A model generated the notes under the pieces. It saw only the letters and a list, made by a program, of their open reading frames with translations. It made no database searches and was not told the DNA's origin. Source: Candidatus Latescibacterota bacterium (GTDB taxonomy: Bacteria; Latescibacterota; UBA2968; UBA8231). Taken from it: a stretch of DNA of 64,000 nucleotides. Every line of letters starts with the position of its first letter. Positions within the stretch are counted from its first letter, which is position 1. This document shows positions 45,585-55,999 of the stretch, piece by piece. The stretch spans positions 608,001-672,000 of the forward strand of contig CBDCDC010000001.1 in NCBI GenBank assembly GCA_965215195.1, written 5' to 3'. The position numbers and the translations under genes were made by a program.

Positions 45585-48051
45585 TGGCGACGAGTTTGGT
45601 GATCGTAGTTTGCTCGCCTTCGGCATCGACTTCCACGCCAACGCGACACAAATACAGACCCGGCGGCAGCAGCCGACCCTGTCGGTCCCGTCCATCCCAA
45701 GTCAGCCGCTGCACCCCGGCGGCGATCGCAGCCGCCCGCTGCACGCGCTGCACACGCTCGCCGTCTAACCCATAGACCTCCAAAATCAACGCCTTGGCAC
45801 CTTGCACTTGGAACACCGGAAAGACCAATTCCACCACGTCGTTGATCCCGTCCCCATTGGGCGTAAACGGATTCGACGACGCGACCACCTCACCCAAAAC
45901 CGCCTTGGTAAAGGGCGTAAACACGGTCAGGCCGCGGCTCGCATCCACCCGCTGCCACACTGGGTCGGCCCCTCGACCGCGCCCAACCTGCACCTCAAAG
46001 GCATTGCTCACCAAGTAGAGCGCACCGGAAAAGCGCAGCAACACGAGGTCCTGTCCCTGCGCGACCGGCGCGGGCAGCCGCACCCACAGGGAATCCGCAC
46101 CGGTCGGCAGCCTCTTTAGCTGATCGCGTCCGTACTGTTCCGCGCCCACGGCCCCGTCGATCAAGTCCATGTGTCCGCCCGGCGGCAGCTCCACCAGCAC
46201 TTGGTCGAACCCGCTGTTGCCGTCTCGGAACGCGGGCCGCAGAAGCAAGGTAAAGGTCTGGGGCTGCCCGCGCCGCGTCCTACCGGGGGTGATCTCGCCG
46301 AGAATTTGGCTGGCGAGGGGCGCGTCTAGCCCGAGGCGCAGGGAGTGCAGCAGCGCGGCCGCGTCTGGATCGTCCGAGCGCAGGGTAGCTTCGATCATCA
46401 CGTAGCGGTGCGGACTCGGCGAGGTGATGGGCGCACCCGGGAGCGAATAAGGCGGACTCCAAGGACTCCAATCCGGGCCGGGGACGATGGTGATGGTCGA
46501 ATCGCCGCGCTGAAAGCTGAGCAGTTTGCGGTACTTGGCCTCGTTCACTTCTTGGCCCGTGTTCGAAAAGTAGCGAATGTTCTGGTCGAGCTGGTTCCCG
46601 CTGCGGGTGCGGATGCGCACTTGGGTGCCGGGCGGCGCGTTGGCCGTCCACTGCATGGCCGACAGAATGCGGGCCGTGCGCCCCAATTCAATCGGCTCAG
46701 ACGCCAGCGATACCTCGGGGAGAAAGCCGCGGCCGTAGAGCTGTATTTCGCGGATGGCCGGGCGGGCCGACCCCTTGATCAAGGTGTAGTCCATCCTGAA
46801 GTAACGCGCCTTGGTCAGCGGAAATACATTGTCCTGAAAGAGAATGCTGCGCTGCGCAGTCCCTTCTCCACCTTCCAAGCCACGCGCCGTCAATGCAACG
46901 TAACTCAAGCTGCCATCTGGTGCGCGGCGGCCATCGGAGAGCCCGATCGCGTAATTGGGGAACGCTTGGCTATACCGATCGCCAAAGACGATGGCAGCGC
47001 GGTTGACCCAATACCAAGTTCCCAAATCAAAATAGATATTGCGATGCGGATCCTGAAATACAACCGCCGGGTCGTTGAGGCTAAAGCCCACTTCCACGCT
47101 CCAAAAGGAGCCCCACTCGCCATCTACAGTTAGCTTTTCCGCGCCCAAGTTGCCGTAGCCGACAATCTCCCCGCCGCGGTCCAGTGCGCCGAGGCTAATG
47201 TTGTCGCCCATGGTCCACACCTCGACTTGGGTCAGCCGCGGCCTTTCCCGGCGGTAGTATTCGACCGGGCCTTGCCATTCCGCCGCAATGGCCTCGTATG
47301 CCGCTTGATCTACCGGCCGCAAAACGCCGGACGACTCGCGGCGAAAGTAGAGCACATCGCCGCGCTCTTCCTCCGGCAGACGGTTCCAGCGCCCGGCACT
47401 GATTTGCTCGGCTTGGCCCAAGTCGCTGGCCGTCCCCACCACTTGGAGGAACTGAACCAGCCGACCGGTGAGCCCGGGATCCACTTTTCGGGTAGGCTGC
47501 AACTCAAACTCATAGACGCGCTGGGATTTGTTTAACCCCTCGCTGTGGCCGGCTGGCAGGTAGTTGAAGGACTCGCTTTGCAGGAAGGCGGGATCGCCGT
47601 TGGCAGTGAGCACCTTGAACTGGAGGAATGGATCGCCTTGGCCTTCAGCCGCGAACTTCACCACCACCTTCTGCGCCCACACCAGCCGGCCCAAGTCGAT
47701 TTCGACCCACCACTTGTCGAGCGCGTCCGCCAAATCCGGTTCCCAGAAGGTATCCTCCCGGCCATCTAGGATGTTTGCGGCTCCTGCTAGGTCGGTTCCG
47801 GCACGGCGGATGCCGCCCTGTACCCCATCCGCATAGGTGAACGCGCTGGCGTCCAAGGCCGCGTTGACTTGATCGCGGACAAATACAGGCCGGACGCCCT
47901 CGGCGCTGAAGTCCAAGCTGCCCGATGGGAAGCGCCACGCCGACCAGTGCTCCGGGGCGACGCTCAACCCATTGTCGTCGAGTTGATACGCTTGGCACCA
48001 CGCTGGGGACGCTATCAGCAGAGCCGCGCCCACAATCGCAACGCTTTTCAC
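45574..48051 (-). CDS. Large secreted protein with discoidin-like modules and FlgD/CHU_C-like tail
   Basis: Signal peptide; WWVEIDLG; NPFTPNGDGIND...WDGRD...PPGLY; paralog of 56000-58504. Confidence 0.8.
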   Translation of the reverse strand: MKSVAIVGAALLIASPAWCQAYQLDDNGLSVAPEHWSAWRFPSGSLDFSAEGVRPVFVRDQVNAALDASAFTYADGVQGGIRRAGTDLAGAANILDGREDTFWEPDLADALDKWWVEIDLGRLVWAQKVVVKFAAEGQGDPFLQFKVLTANGDPAFLQSESFNYLPAGHSEGLNKSQRVYEFELQPTRKVDPGLTGRLVQFLQVVGTASDLGQAEQISAGRWNRLPEEERGDVLYFRRESSGVLRPVDQAAYEAIAAEWQGPVEYYRRERPRLTQVEVWTMGDNISLGALDRGGEIVGYGNLGAEKLTVDGEWGSFWSVEVGFSLNDPAVVFQDPHRNIYFDLGTWYWVNRAAIVFGDRYSQAFPNYAIGLSDGRRAPDGSLSYVALTARGLEGGEGTAQRSILFQDNVFPLTKARYFRMDYTLIKGSARPAIREIQLYGRGFLPEVSLASEPIELGRTARILSAMQWTANAPPGTQVRIRTRSGNQLDQNIRYFSNTGQEVNEAKYRKLLSFQRGDSTITIVPGPDWSPWSPPYSLPGAPITSPSPHRYVMIEATLRSDDPDAAALLHSLRLGLDAPLASQILGEITPGRTRRGQPQTFTLLLRPAFRDGNSGFDQVLVELPPGGHMDLIDGAVGAEQYGRDQLKRLPTGADSLWVRLPAPVAQGQDLVLLRFSGALYLVSNAFEVQVGRGRGADPVWQRVDASRGLTVFTPFTKAVLGEVVASSNPFTPNGDGINDVVELVFPVFQVQGAKALILEVYGLDGERVQRVQRAAAIAAGVQRLTWDGRDRQGRLLPPGLYLCRVGVEVDAEGEQTTITKLVASVY

Positions 48052-48058
48052 GGCAGCC

Positions 48059-49180
48059 TCAGTGCGGATCCCCCACTCGCCAGCGGTGCTTTGCCACCCC
48101 ATCCATGTCCAGTTCGATTCCCAAACCCGGCCCTTCCGGCAACACAATGCAACTGCCCTCCACCCGCAGCGGCTCGGCGATAATCTCGTCCCGCCACGCA
48201 ATGCCGGTTACGAACTCCATGGGGGCTACATTCGGTATGGAGGCCATCAAATGTGCGGCCGCTATGATGCCGACCGGGCCTTTGGTGTTGTGCGGCGATA
48301 TGGGGACGTGAAAGGTGTCGGCAATGGCCGCGATTTTGCGCACCTCAGTAATCCCACCGGCGTACATCAGGTCGGGCTGGGCCACGTCGATGCCGTCTAG
48401 GTCCAACAATTGGCGGTAGTGGCTCTTGGTGTTCAGCCGCTCGCTGCCCATGACCGGAATGGCGATTTCCCGCCGCACCTTGGGATAGGCGTACAGATCT
48501 TCCGGCGGCACTGGATCTTCAAACACATACAGGTCGTACGGCTCTATGGCGCGGGCCAAGCGGATGCACTGGGCCACCGTGAAGCGGCCGTGGCAATCGA
48601 TCAACAGCTTGACATCCGGCCCCACCGCTTCCCGCACTGCGGCAAAGTGCGCGGCCGTCTCGGCCGGATGGCCGTCGTCTGCGTACTGACCAAAGCTGTG
48701 CCCACTCCGCGACCGCGCTCCGCCCTTGAGCGCGGTGTACCCCTCTTCCACTTTTTCCTGCGCCATGTTCGCCGAATCCTCGGGCGTGGCCCCGCCAAAG
48801 TGCGTATAGACCTCGACCCGGTCGCGGAACTTGCCGCCCAACAGCTCGACCACCGGCAGGTTCGCCACCTTGCCCTTGATGTCCCACAGGGCTTGGTCAA
48901 TGCCGCTCATGGCGCTCATCCACACCGGACCTGCCATGCGCCAGATGCCGCTCAGGGAGGAGCGCAGATAGAGCTTGTGCCACAAGTACTCAATGCGCGC
49001 CGGGTCTTCGCCGATCAGCTCCTGTTTGAGATGCTCGACCGCGGCAACTACCACCGGCTCTTTGTTGGAATACGTGGCCTCGCCCAAGCCCACTAGCCCT
49101 TCGTCCGTAAAGACCCGCACAATCGTCCATTTGCGGCCCGGCGAGTCGATCAGAATGGTGTCGATATCGCGTATTTTCAT
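48059..49180 (-). CDS. Mandelate racemase/enolase superfamily dehydratase (galactonate dehydratase-like)
   Basis: GLGEA, SGIDQALWDIKGK, IDCHGR, FEDP, QPD, PGLG. Confidence 0.9.
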   Translation of the reverse strand: MKIRDIDTILIDSPGRKWTIVRVFTDEGLVGLGEATYSNKEPVVVAAVEHLKQELIGEDPARIEYLWHKLYLRSSLSGIWRMAGPVWMSAMSGIDQALWDIKGKVANLPVVELLGGKFRDRVEVYTHFGGATPEDSANMAQEKVEEGYTALKGGARSRSGHSFGQYADDGHPAETAAHFAAVREAVGPDVKLLIDCHGRFTVAQCIRLARAIEPYDLYVFEDPVPPEDLYAYPKVRREIAIPVMGSERLNTKSHYRQLLDLDGIDVAQPDLMYAGGITEVRKIAAIADTFHVPISPHNTKGPVGIIAAAHLMASIPNVAPMEFVTGIAWRDEIIAEPLRVEGSCIVLPEGPGLGIELDMDGVAKHRWRVGDPH

Positions 49181-49215
49181 CGGTTCCCTATTTTTCTTTT
49201 GAAGGATAGGCCAAC

Positions 49216-49320
49216 ATGGAAACGGATTTACTCAAGGCGTTTCCCGACGAACAAGCTTGTATTGACCATTTTGTCAAGCTGCGGTAGCCCGACGGCATAG
49301 CCTGCCCGGATTGCGAATTA
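49216..49320 (+). pseudogene. IS1595-family transposase N-terminal Zn-ribbon remnant
   Basis: METDLLKAFPDEQACIDHFVKLR*PDGIACPDC, with the RWP Trp codon changed to TAG. Confidence 0.7.
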
Positions 49321-49374
49321 GACAACTCTCTGCGTCGCGGCTGCTCTTACGTTGTGATGTTTTTATGAGTGTTT

Positions 49375-50436
49375 TCAATCAAACAGCGGCGACACTTCTT
49401 GCGCCACAGTGCGAGCTGCTTCTTGGTAAAAATCATCGAGAATGGACTCGTCGTCCGGTATGAAGTCCTCCCTGAAGGTCTTCTGAATGTTGAGTGCCTG
49501 CTCTAGCACCGTTTCGTCCTTGAGTACATCTTTCACTACCAACTGCACTTGGGCGTATAATCCCGCTTGTGGGGCATTAGAGCTATAGAAGCCGACCCTG
49601 TACCAGTTCACAATGTAATCCAAGGTGTAGGGGATGTCTTTGGCCGAGAGATCCATGGTGAAGCGGACGCGGCTGAACCGTTTGAGCTCGTCCAAGAGAG
49701 CCGGTCGAACCGACTCATGCAGTGCAAGGAGCTTTCTCTTAGCCTTCATCTTTTGTCGCGGGAAGATATTAAATATCCTAAAAAAGAGGTCATCATTTGA
49801 AAAGATGTCAGGATTTAGACCTTCGTATGCCTCAACTAGTTGATCAATCTGGTCAGACAAGCCCTCACTGTTGCGCGTCCTCACCAACACCTTAAAGGTT
49901 CCAGTCGGGGCATTTACCACGCCCTCCTCCTCGGACAGCTCTTCCGCCACCGGCAACCCGACGAATGGAACCAGCAGAGCCGCTGTATAATCTAAGGCTT
50001 GGAACTTGAGCAGCTTGCTTTTGCCCGCCGCTTTCGCGATCAGCGGTTCCAGCCCAACGTTCTTTTTTTTCTTTAACAGGTCGCCGGCCATATCGGCTAC
50101 CCGCACCAAGTACGCCTTGGCCTCGCGCTCAGAAAAATGCGCTCCGTGCAGCGCAAAGAGCCGTTCGCCGAGGGCCGTAGATTTCTTACAATGCGTCTTT
50201 AGGTCCCGCAACAATGAGACCAAGGAATCCCGGCTTGCGGCAGCAGACAATCCAGACGCCGCACTGACCTCCGCGACGAACTCGTCCAATGTTCCCTTGT
50301 CGTCCCGCTCCAAGCGGTCGCGCAACTGTTCCAAAGCCACGCGCACAAAATCCGCCTCTTGTGCAGAAGCGGCGACAGCACTCGCCGTCATGCAGAGAAA
50401 GACGCAAGCAGCAATATGACACAACATGTTATTCAT
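49375..50436 (-). CDS. Secreted hypothetical protein
   Basis: 353 aa, signal peptide, GAGGAG RBS. Confidence 0.75.
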   Translation of the reverse strand: MNNMLCHIAACVFLCMTASAVAASAQEADFVRVALEQLRDRLERDDKGTLDEFVAEVSAASGLSAAASRDSLVSLLRDLKTHCKKSTALGERLFALHGAHFSEREAKAYLVRVADMAGDLLKKKKNVGLEPLIAKAAGKSKLLKFQALDYTAALLVPFVGLPVAEELSEEEGVVNAPTGTFKVLVRTRNSEGLSDQIDQLVEAYEGLNPDIFSNDDLFFRIFNIFPRQKMKAKRKLLALHESVRPALLDELKRFSRVRFTMDLSAKDIPYTLDYIVNWYRVGFYSSNAPQAGLYAQVQLVVKDVLKDETVLEQALNIQKTFREDFIPDDESILDDFYQEAARTVAQEVSPLFD

Positions 50437-50591
50437 GGTATGTCTCCTCAGCGATGGCGGTAATCATCTACAGGGTTTGCCGCCGCCTTCGGATTAGTTC
50501 GGCCAAATGGACCGCTTGCGCCGACGGCAGGGCGCGACCAAACGCGGCGATGCCTGCATCAAGGCGGTCGGTTCTGTGAAGGGGGTTCCTA

Positions 50592-51899
50592 TCAGAAGAC
50601 AGGTTCGGCTGTTGACAATTCCGCGCCATTATACGCCCATTGCAAGTGTATATGGCTGGTCGAGAATCTTTGGCTGGTAGGCCCCCCCAGCATCTCCAGC
50701 GTCCGTTCCCAGCAATGGGGCGTCAACACGCCCTGCACTTCTTGGTAGCTATTGTAAGCCGTGCTCCAAGTCGGCGGCAGAAAGTCGGGATTGGCTTGCC
50801 TGAACCATTGCTCTTCCTTGGGCGTTAGCTTTTCTCTGGTCTTGGCCAAGAGTGCCGTGCCACAGTCAAAGAGCGCCTCGAAATAGTGCCCGAACTTCCG
50901 GTCGTCAACCAGCACGACCTCATAGCAAGTCCCGTCTCTACTACGCTCCTGACCGAGGTAATCCAAGGCCACGCCCTCGCCCATAAAGCGGTCAATGAAA
51001 TGCCAACGCACCGCTTCGCCCCGGTCGCGCAGGGCGGCCAAATCAGGGGGCAGGGCGTCTCTATACCGCCTCCAGCGATCGTTAAACAGATCCTCAAATA
51101 TCCCCCGCTCTCGCCCGGGATTTTTGCTCACATAAGACGGATTGGGGACCGCCGGGTCGAAAGAAACCTCTACCTTGTATCGTTCTTTTTTGGAGACAGC
51201 GCGATCTCCCCATCCCTCGTAGTGCCAAGTCGCCACCGGATACAGATAGGGGGTCACCGGAACCGCCGTTAGGCAAACGCCACCTTGGCAAACGGGCCTT
51301 TCTAACTCTCTTACGGTGGCCTCTATCCACACCATCGCGCTCATTGCTCGTATTGCGAGCAGACGCTTCCTACCGCCCATGGCCTCAATCGCACGCTCTA
51401 TCACCTTTAGGGCTTGATCGCGGTCTGCGCCCATATTGGCTAGGGGAAAGCGCACATAGTCCTCGCGAAAGTTTTCGTCGGCGGCCAGGTGCGCCAAGAG
51501 CAAGGAGTCGATATCTACATCGCCAGACCGCTCTATCCGCAGCCTCTTTTCGAGGTGAGCCATGTCGGCGCGCACCTCGGGCGGTAGCTGCTCCGCAATC
51601 TCGCCAAGACGAGGAGATTCGACCTGTTCCTCTGCAAGCTGCGGTAGCGCAGCCTCGACAACCAAACGCTGCATTTGTCGCTCGCTCAAAGCAGGTCTCG
51701 TGGGATCAAACGCCCGCGTTTCTAGTGCGCGCGGCGGCTGACGAAAAACCACCTCAAAGGCCGATTGGGGATCGGGTGTGGAAGGAGTCAACAAGACCAC
51801 AGCCAAATGCAAGAGGGCCGAAAGGAACAGGCAGACAGCCACTCTCTTGGTTTCGGTCGCAGACCAGTGCATGTCAATCTCCTTTCGTACTGTTTTCAA
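50592..51899 (-). CDS. Membrane-anchored protein with possible LolA-like domain, tandem copy 1
   Basis: TonB-like anchor LSALLH; VIERAIEAMGG..RL.AI pattern; highly similar to 52080-53360. Confidence 0.65.
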   Translation of the reverse strand: MKTVRKEIDMHWSATETKRVAVCLFLSALLHLAVVLLTPSTPDPQSAFEVVFRQPPRALETRAFDPTRPALSERQMQRLVVEAALPQLAEEQVESPRLGEIAEQLPPEVRADMAHLEKRLRIERSGDVDIDSLLLAHLAADENFREDYVRFPLANMGADRDQALKVIERAIEAMGGRKRLLAIRAMSAMVWIEATVRELERPVCQGGVCLTAVPVTPYLYPVATWHYEGWGDRAVSKKERYKVEVSFDPAVPNPSYVSKNPGRERGIFEDLFNDRWRRYRDALPPDLAALRDRGEAVRWHFIDRFMGEGVALDYLGQERSRDGTCYEVVLVDDRKFGHYFEALFDCGTALLAKTREKLTPKEEQWFRQANPDFLPPTWSTAYNSYQEVQGVLTPHCWERTLEMLGGPTSQRFSTSHIHLQWAYNGAELSTAEPVF

Positions 51900-52079
51900 G
51901 CAAACAGCAAGCTAAGTTATGGTACGGCCCTGATTTAGGTTTATTTGTAATTGATCTAACTACAAATCGCATCATGCTTATACATACGCTGCAAAAAACC
52001 CTCACGCAAGGGCCGCGGCAACGTACCCAAACGCGGCGACGACTGCATCAAGGCGGTCAGTTTTGTGAAGGGAGTCTTC

Positions 52080-53360
52080 CTATCGGACGGGCTCGGCTGT
52101 TGACAGTTCAGCGCCATTATACGCCCATTGCAAATATACAAAGATGGTATCCCACCCATCCGTCCGTTCCCAGCGATGAGGTGTCAACACGCCTTGCACT
52201 TCTTGGTAGCGATCGTAAACAGTGATCCAAGTCGGCGGCTTGGCATTGCGATTGGCTTGCCTGAACCAGTGCTCTTCTTTGGGCGTTAGCGTTTCTCTGG
52301 TCTTGGCCAACAGCGCCGTGCCACAGTCAAAGAGCGCCTCGAAATAGTGCCCGAACTTCCGGTCGTCAACCAGCACGACCTCATAGCAAGCCCCGTCCCT
52401 ACTGCGCTCCTGACCGAGGTAATCCAAGGCCACGCCCTCGCCCATAAAGCGGTCGATGAAATGCCAACGCACCGCTTCGCCCCGGTGGCGCATGGCGGCC
52501 AAATCAGGGGGTAGGTTGCCTCTAAACCGCCCCCAGCGATCGTCAAAGAGCGCTTCGAACATTCTCGGCTGTCGCTTGGGATTTTTGCTCACATAAGACG
52601 GATTGGGGACCGCCGGGTCGAACGAAACCTCTACCTTGTATTTTTCTTTGGCGAAAACCGCGCGATCCCCCCATCCTTCGTAGTACCAAGTCGCCACCGG
52701 ATACAGATAGGGGGTCACCGAAATCACCGTTAGGGCAACACCACCTTGCCAAGAAGGCATTTCTAACTCTTTTAAGTTGACCTCTATCCACACTCTCGCG
52801 CTCATTGCTCGTATGGCGAGCAGGCGCTTCTTACCGCCCATGGCCTCAATCGCACGCTCTATCACCTCCAAAGCCCGGTCGCGGTCTGCGCCCGTATTGG
52901 GCAGGGGAAAGCGCACATAGTCCTCGCGAAAGTTCTCCTCGGCAGCCATGTGCGCCAAGAGCAAGGAGTCGATATCTACATCGCCAGACCGCTCTATCCG
53001 CAGCCTCTTTTCCAAGTGAGCCATGTCGGCGCGTGCCCCGGACGGCAATTGCTCGCCAATCTCGCCAAGAGGAGCGGATTCGGCGAGTTCCTGAGCAAGC
53101 TGCGGTAGCGCATCCTCGACAACCAAACGCTGCATTTGCCGCTCGCTCAAAGCGGGCCGGGTGGGATCAAATGCTCGCGTTTCTAGCGCACGCGGCGGCT
53201 GATAAAAAACCATTTGGAGAGCCGGTTGCGGATCGGGCGTGGAAGGAGTCAACAAGACCACAGCCAAATGCAAGAGGGCCGAGAGGAACAGGCAGACAGC
53301 CACTCTCTTGGTTTCGGTCGCGGACCGATGCATATCAGTCTTCTTTCGTACTGTTTTCAA
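52080..53360 (-). CDS. Membrane-anchored protein with possible LolA-like domain, tandem copy 2
   Basis: Paralog of 50592-51899, including flanking DNA. Confidence 0.65.
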   Translation of the reverse strand: MKTVRKKTDMHRSATETKRVAVCLFLSALLHLAVVLLTPSTPDPQPALQMVFYQPPRALETRAFDPTRPALSERQMQRLVVEDALPQLAQELAESAPLGEIGEQLPSGARADMAHLEKRLRIERSGDVDIDSLLLAHMAAEENFREDYVRFPLPNTGADRDRALEVIERAIEAMGGKKRLLAIRAMSARVWIEVNLKELEMPSWQGGVALTVISVTPYLYPVATWYYEGWGDRAVFAKEKYKVEVSFDPAVPNPSYVSKNPKRQPRMFEALFDDRWGRFRGNLPPDLAAMRHRGEAVRWHFIDRFMGEGVALDYLGQERSRDGACYEVVLVDDRKFGHYFEALFDCGTALLAKTRETLTPKEEHWFRQANRNAKPPTWITVYDRYQEVQGVLTPHRWERTDGWDTIFVYLQWAYNGAELSTAEPVR

Positions 53361-53530
53361 GCAAATAGCTAAACACTTCTTGCGCCGCAGTGCGAGCTAC
53401 TTCTTGGTGAAACGCATCGAGAATAAATTCCTCGTCCTCTCAAAAGCCGCATTGCTTAGTACCCGACCCCTAAAGTAGGCGACCCTTACGTTGAGTACGC
53501 CTTTTCTGCGGTTTCCGCTGGGTGCGGGAT

Positions 53531-53574
53531 CGAGGGCGTCCCGTCCTCGCCGAGGGCAAGATGCCCTCGATCCT
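53531..53574. repeat. REP-like double palindrome
   Basis: CGAGGGCGTCCCGTCCTCG and CGAGGGCAAGATGCCCTCG. Confidence 0.65.
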
Positions 53575-53615
53575 TGGCAGGCTGAGGGCTGGTGTCGTGT
53601 AGGAAGGCCGCATTG

Positions 53616-55604
53616 TCAAATCTGCGTCAGAAAGCTGCCCCTGTGTCCGGTGATGTAATCGGCCACCAACCAGACGCCGGCTGCGACCACTTCCCCGAGG
53701 ATCAGCCCCAAAAAGAACGGACGCAGGTTCCGGTATAGCCGCGGCCCCCCATACTTGAGAATCACCAGCTTGAGCAGCCAAGCGATGAGCGCACTGGCAA
53801 AAATGTGGCCGGTCTTCCAGTTCGCGCTAATGGCGTAGCCGAGCGGATTGAGGGGCCACCACAGCAAATGGTGCCGCATCCACATCAGCGCAGCCATCAC
53901 CCCGCCGCCGACCGCCATAAACAGCCAAGCGTCAAGGCGCGGACCAGTCAATTCCGCGGCAATGCGCGGGGCCATGTCTTTGGGGCCATACGTGGCGGCC
54001 CCCCAGCCAAAGAACAGGCCGTTGAGGTTGATGCCGCCGTATTTGTACGCCAACGCCATGGTAACGTACGAAGAGCCGATCAAGCTGACCACAATGGCGA
54101 TGATCACCGCCCAGAACAGCCGCCGCTTCCCGCCCTTGATCACCTCGCTCATCTTCAGGCCATTGGCGACCGACGACATGACAAACGAGCGGATCTCCGA
54201 GTGCCAGCCATAGGAAAACCCCAAGGCCACCAAGCCCGAGGCCCCCACACTCGAAGCACCAGCACCGGAAATCACAAAGGTCGAGGTCATAATGGGAGGG
54301 CGCATCGCTGGAATGCCTCCTTCGGCCACCACCCGCGTCAGGCCCAAAAACAGCACCATGGCCCCAAAGACAAACAGGGCCGCGCCCAACGGCGGCAGCC
54401 CGGCCATCCACAGGCCCAACCCCACCAAGCCGAGCGACCCCAGCAAGCCGAAGGTGGCCTGCCGGTAAGACAGGATTTCGTCGGCATCTTCTACGTCTGG
54501 GTCGTCGCGCCACGCTTTGCACCACACGGCGCGCAAGTGCCCGCGCGACACCCACAGCCCGATCAGCACGAAGACGATCATCGCCCCCATGCCTTGATGC
54601 GCTAGGTACGGCTCCCGCGAGTACAGATCCATCCGCTCGGTGCTTTGCAGGCCGAGGACGTTGAAGACGCCCCGTTGCACTGTGGTGAGGAAATAGAATG
54701 CCCAGATGGACGCGGAAATATCCAAGTTGACAAAGTAGAAGAAGCCGATCCACGGCGGGCTAAACCACAAATCCAAGCGCACGCTATCGCGGAACAGGGG
54801 GAGCGACGCATTCCGCGCAATCCCGGGCACCTCCGGGAAATAGGCGTGCAGTCCATTGACGCTGAGCAAGACGAATGCGAACGCAAACCCCAGCCACATC
54901 GGCTTACTAGCGAAAAACGCCCGCCCAATCGCCCGCCCTTGCTCGCGCTGAATCATCGCCATCGGCACCTGCACCAACGGATACGCCAGCTTCTCCCGAT
55001 CTACCCATTGCTTGCGCAGGATGACCATCGTGCAAATCATGGCCGCGCTGAGCGCCAAGAAGAAGCCGTACCAATAGGTCAGCGGCAGCACCCACGCGCC
55101 CCAGGGAATGGCGGCCCCTGCGGGCAGCCCTTCAAAGAAGTAGCGCGCCACGTTTTCGCCGCGCGGGATCATCCACGTGGGAATGTACTGGTTGTATAAA
55201 AAGTCCCAGTTATTCTCTGGCGTCGCGTAGTACGTAGAGCCGACCAGACAGGGAATGATAAATTGGGTAAACCCCATCCCGGGAATGCAGCAGGCCACCA
55301 CCAACATGATGTAGATGGTAATCAGCTCGGATTGGGTCAGGGCCAAAGAGCGGCGCAGGCAGTACACGAGGCCGCTGGCCGGTACTAAAAAAAAGAAGAA
55401 GAATAAAGCGGCCGGCGTACTAAAATTTAAGGTCAGGTACGAGCCGCGAATGATGGTCGTCGCGTACGCGTCTAAACCATTGAGCAGCAAGGCGAGCACC
55501 GCGCCGATGAGGATGCCCCGCGCGGGGATGCCGGCGACATCCGGCGGCCCTTCCTCGGCCGAGTTTACCCATTCGAGATATGATGGAGGAATTCGCTTTT
55601 TCAA
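53616..55604 (-). CDS. Multi-TM putative transporter (DUF6785/DUF6784-like)
   Basis: Roughly 16 TMs; LRKQWVDREKLAYPL, RVVAEGG, WWPLNPLGY, PFFLGLILGE. Confidence 0.75.
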   Translation of the reverse strand: MKKRIPPSYLEWVNSAEEGPPDVAGIPARGILIGAVLALLLNGLDAYATTIIRGSYLTLNFSTPAALFFFFFLVPASGLVYCLRRSLALTQSELITIYIMLVVACCIPGMGFTQFIIPCLVGSTYYATPENNWDFLYNQYIPTWMIPRGENVARYFFEGLPAGAAIPWGAWVLPLTYWYGFFLALSAAMICTMVILRKQWVDREKLAYPLVQVPMAMIQREQGRAIGRAFFASKPMWLGFAFAFVLLSVNGLHAYFPEVPGIARNASLPLFRDSVRLDLWFSPPWIGFFYFVNLDISASIWAFYFLTTVQRGVFNVLGLQSTERMDLYSREPYLAHQGMGAMIVFVLIGLWVSRGHLRAVWCKAWRDDPDVEDADEILSYRQATFGLLGSLGLVGLGLWMAGLPPLGAALFVFGAMVLFLGLTRVVAEGGIPAMRPPIMTSTFVISGAGASSVGASGLVALGFSYGWHSEIRSFVMSSVANGLKMSEVIKGGKRRLFWAVIIAIVVSLIGSSYVTMALAYKYGGINLNGLFFGWGAATYGPKDMAPRIAAELTGPRLDAWLFMAVGGGVMAALMWMRHHLLWWPLNPLGYAISANWKTGHIFASALIAWLLKLVILKYGGPRLYRNLRPFFLGLILGEVVAAGVWLVADYITGHRGSFLTQI

Positions 55605-55641
55605 TGCCGTTTGCCTCGCTCATCAGTCGCCTCGGCTCTTG

Positions 55642-55971
55642 CTATTCGGCTGCAACCGCCTTTTCCAAGACTTCTTGAATGTAGCCATTCAAGTTGAGGT
55701 GACGACGAGCGGCGTTCAAAGCCATGCGACGATGTAGTTCAGGGCTTGCTTGAATCGCGATTTTGCCAGAGAAAGGTTCTTCCGGTTCCTTTCCTTGTTC
55801 TTGGCAAAACGCAAGGTACTCCTCAACTGACCGCTGCATCTCTTTTTTAAGTTCCGTTACTGATGATCCGTAAAACGCAATCACGTCATTTGTGTTGATC
55901 ACCGTTCCGTGAAATGTGTCAATTTCCGGATCAAACGAAACAACGCCCAGATATCCTTCGTATTCGATCAT
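55642..55971 (-). CDS. hicB: HicB family antitoxin (no adjacent hicA)
   Basis: MIEYEGY.G...FHGTV...DVIAFYG...SVEEYL..C...GKEPEEPFSGK...PELH. Confidence 0.85.
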   Translation of the reverse strand: MIEYEGYLGVVSFDPEIDTFHGTVINTNDVIAFYGSSVTELKKEMQRSVEEYLAFCQEQGKEPEEPFSGKIAIQASPELHRRMALNAARRHLNLNGYIQEVLEKAVAAE

Positions 55972-55999
55972 GGCATAACCCCTGCATTTTCGGCGCGAA

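Noticed and set aside
49216-49320. Pyrrolysine or other TAG read-through
   Set aside because: The TAG replaces the Trp of the IS1595 RWP motif and the frame decays soon after; an ordinary pseudogene.
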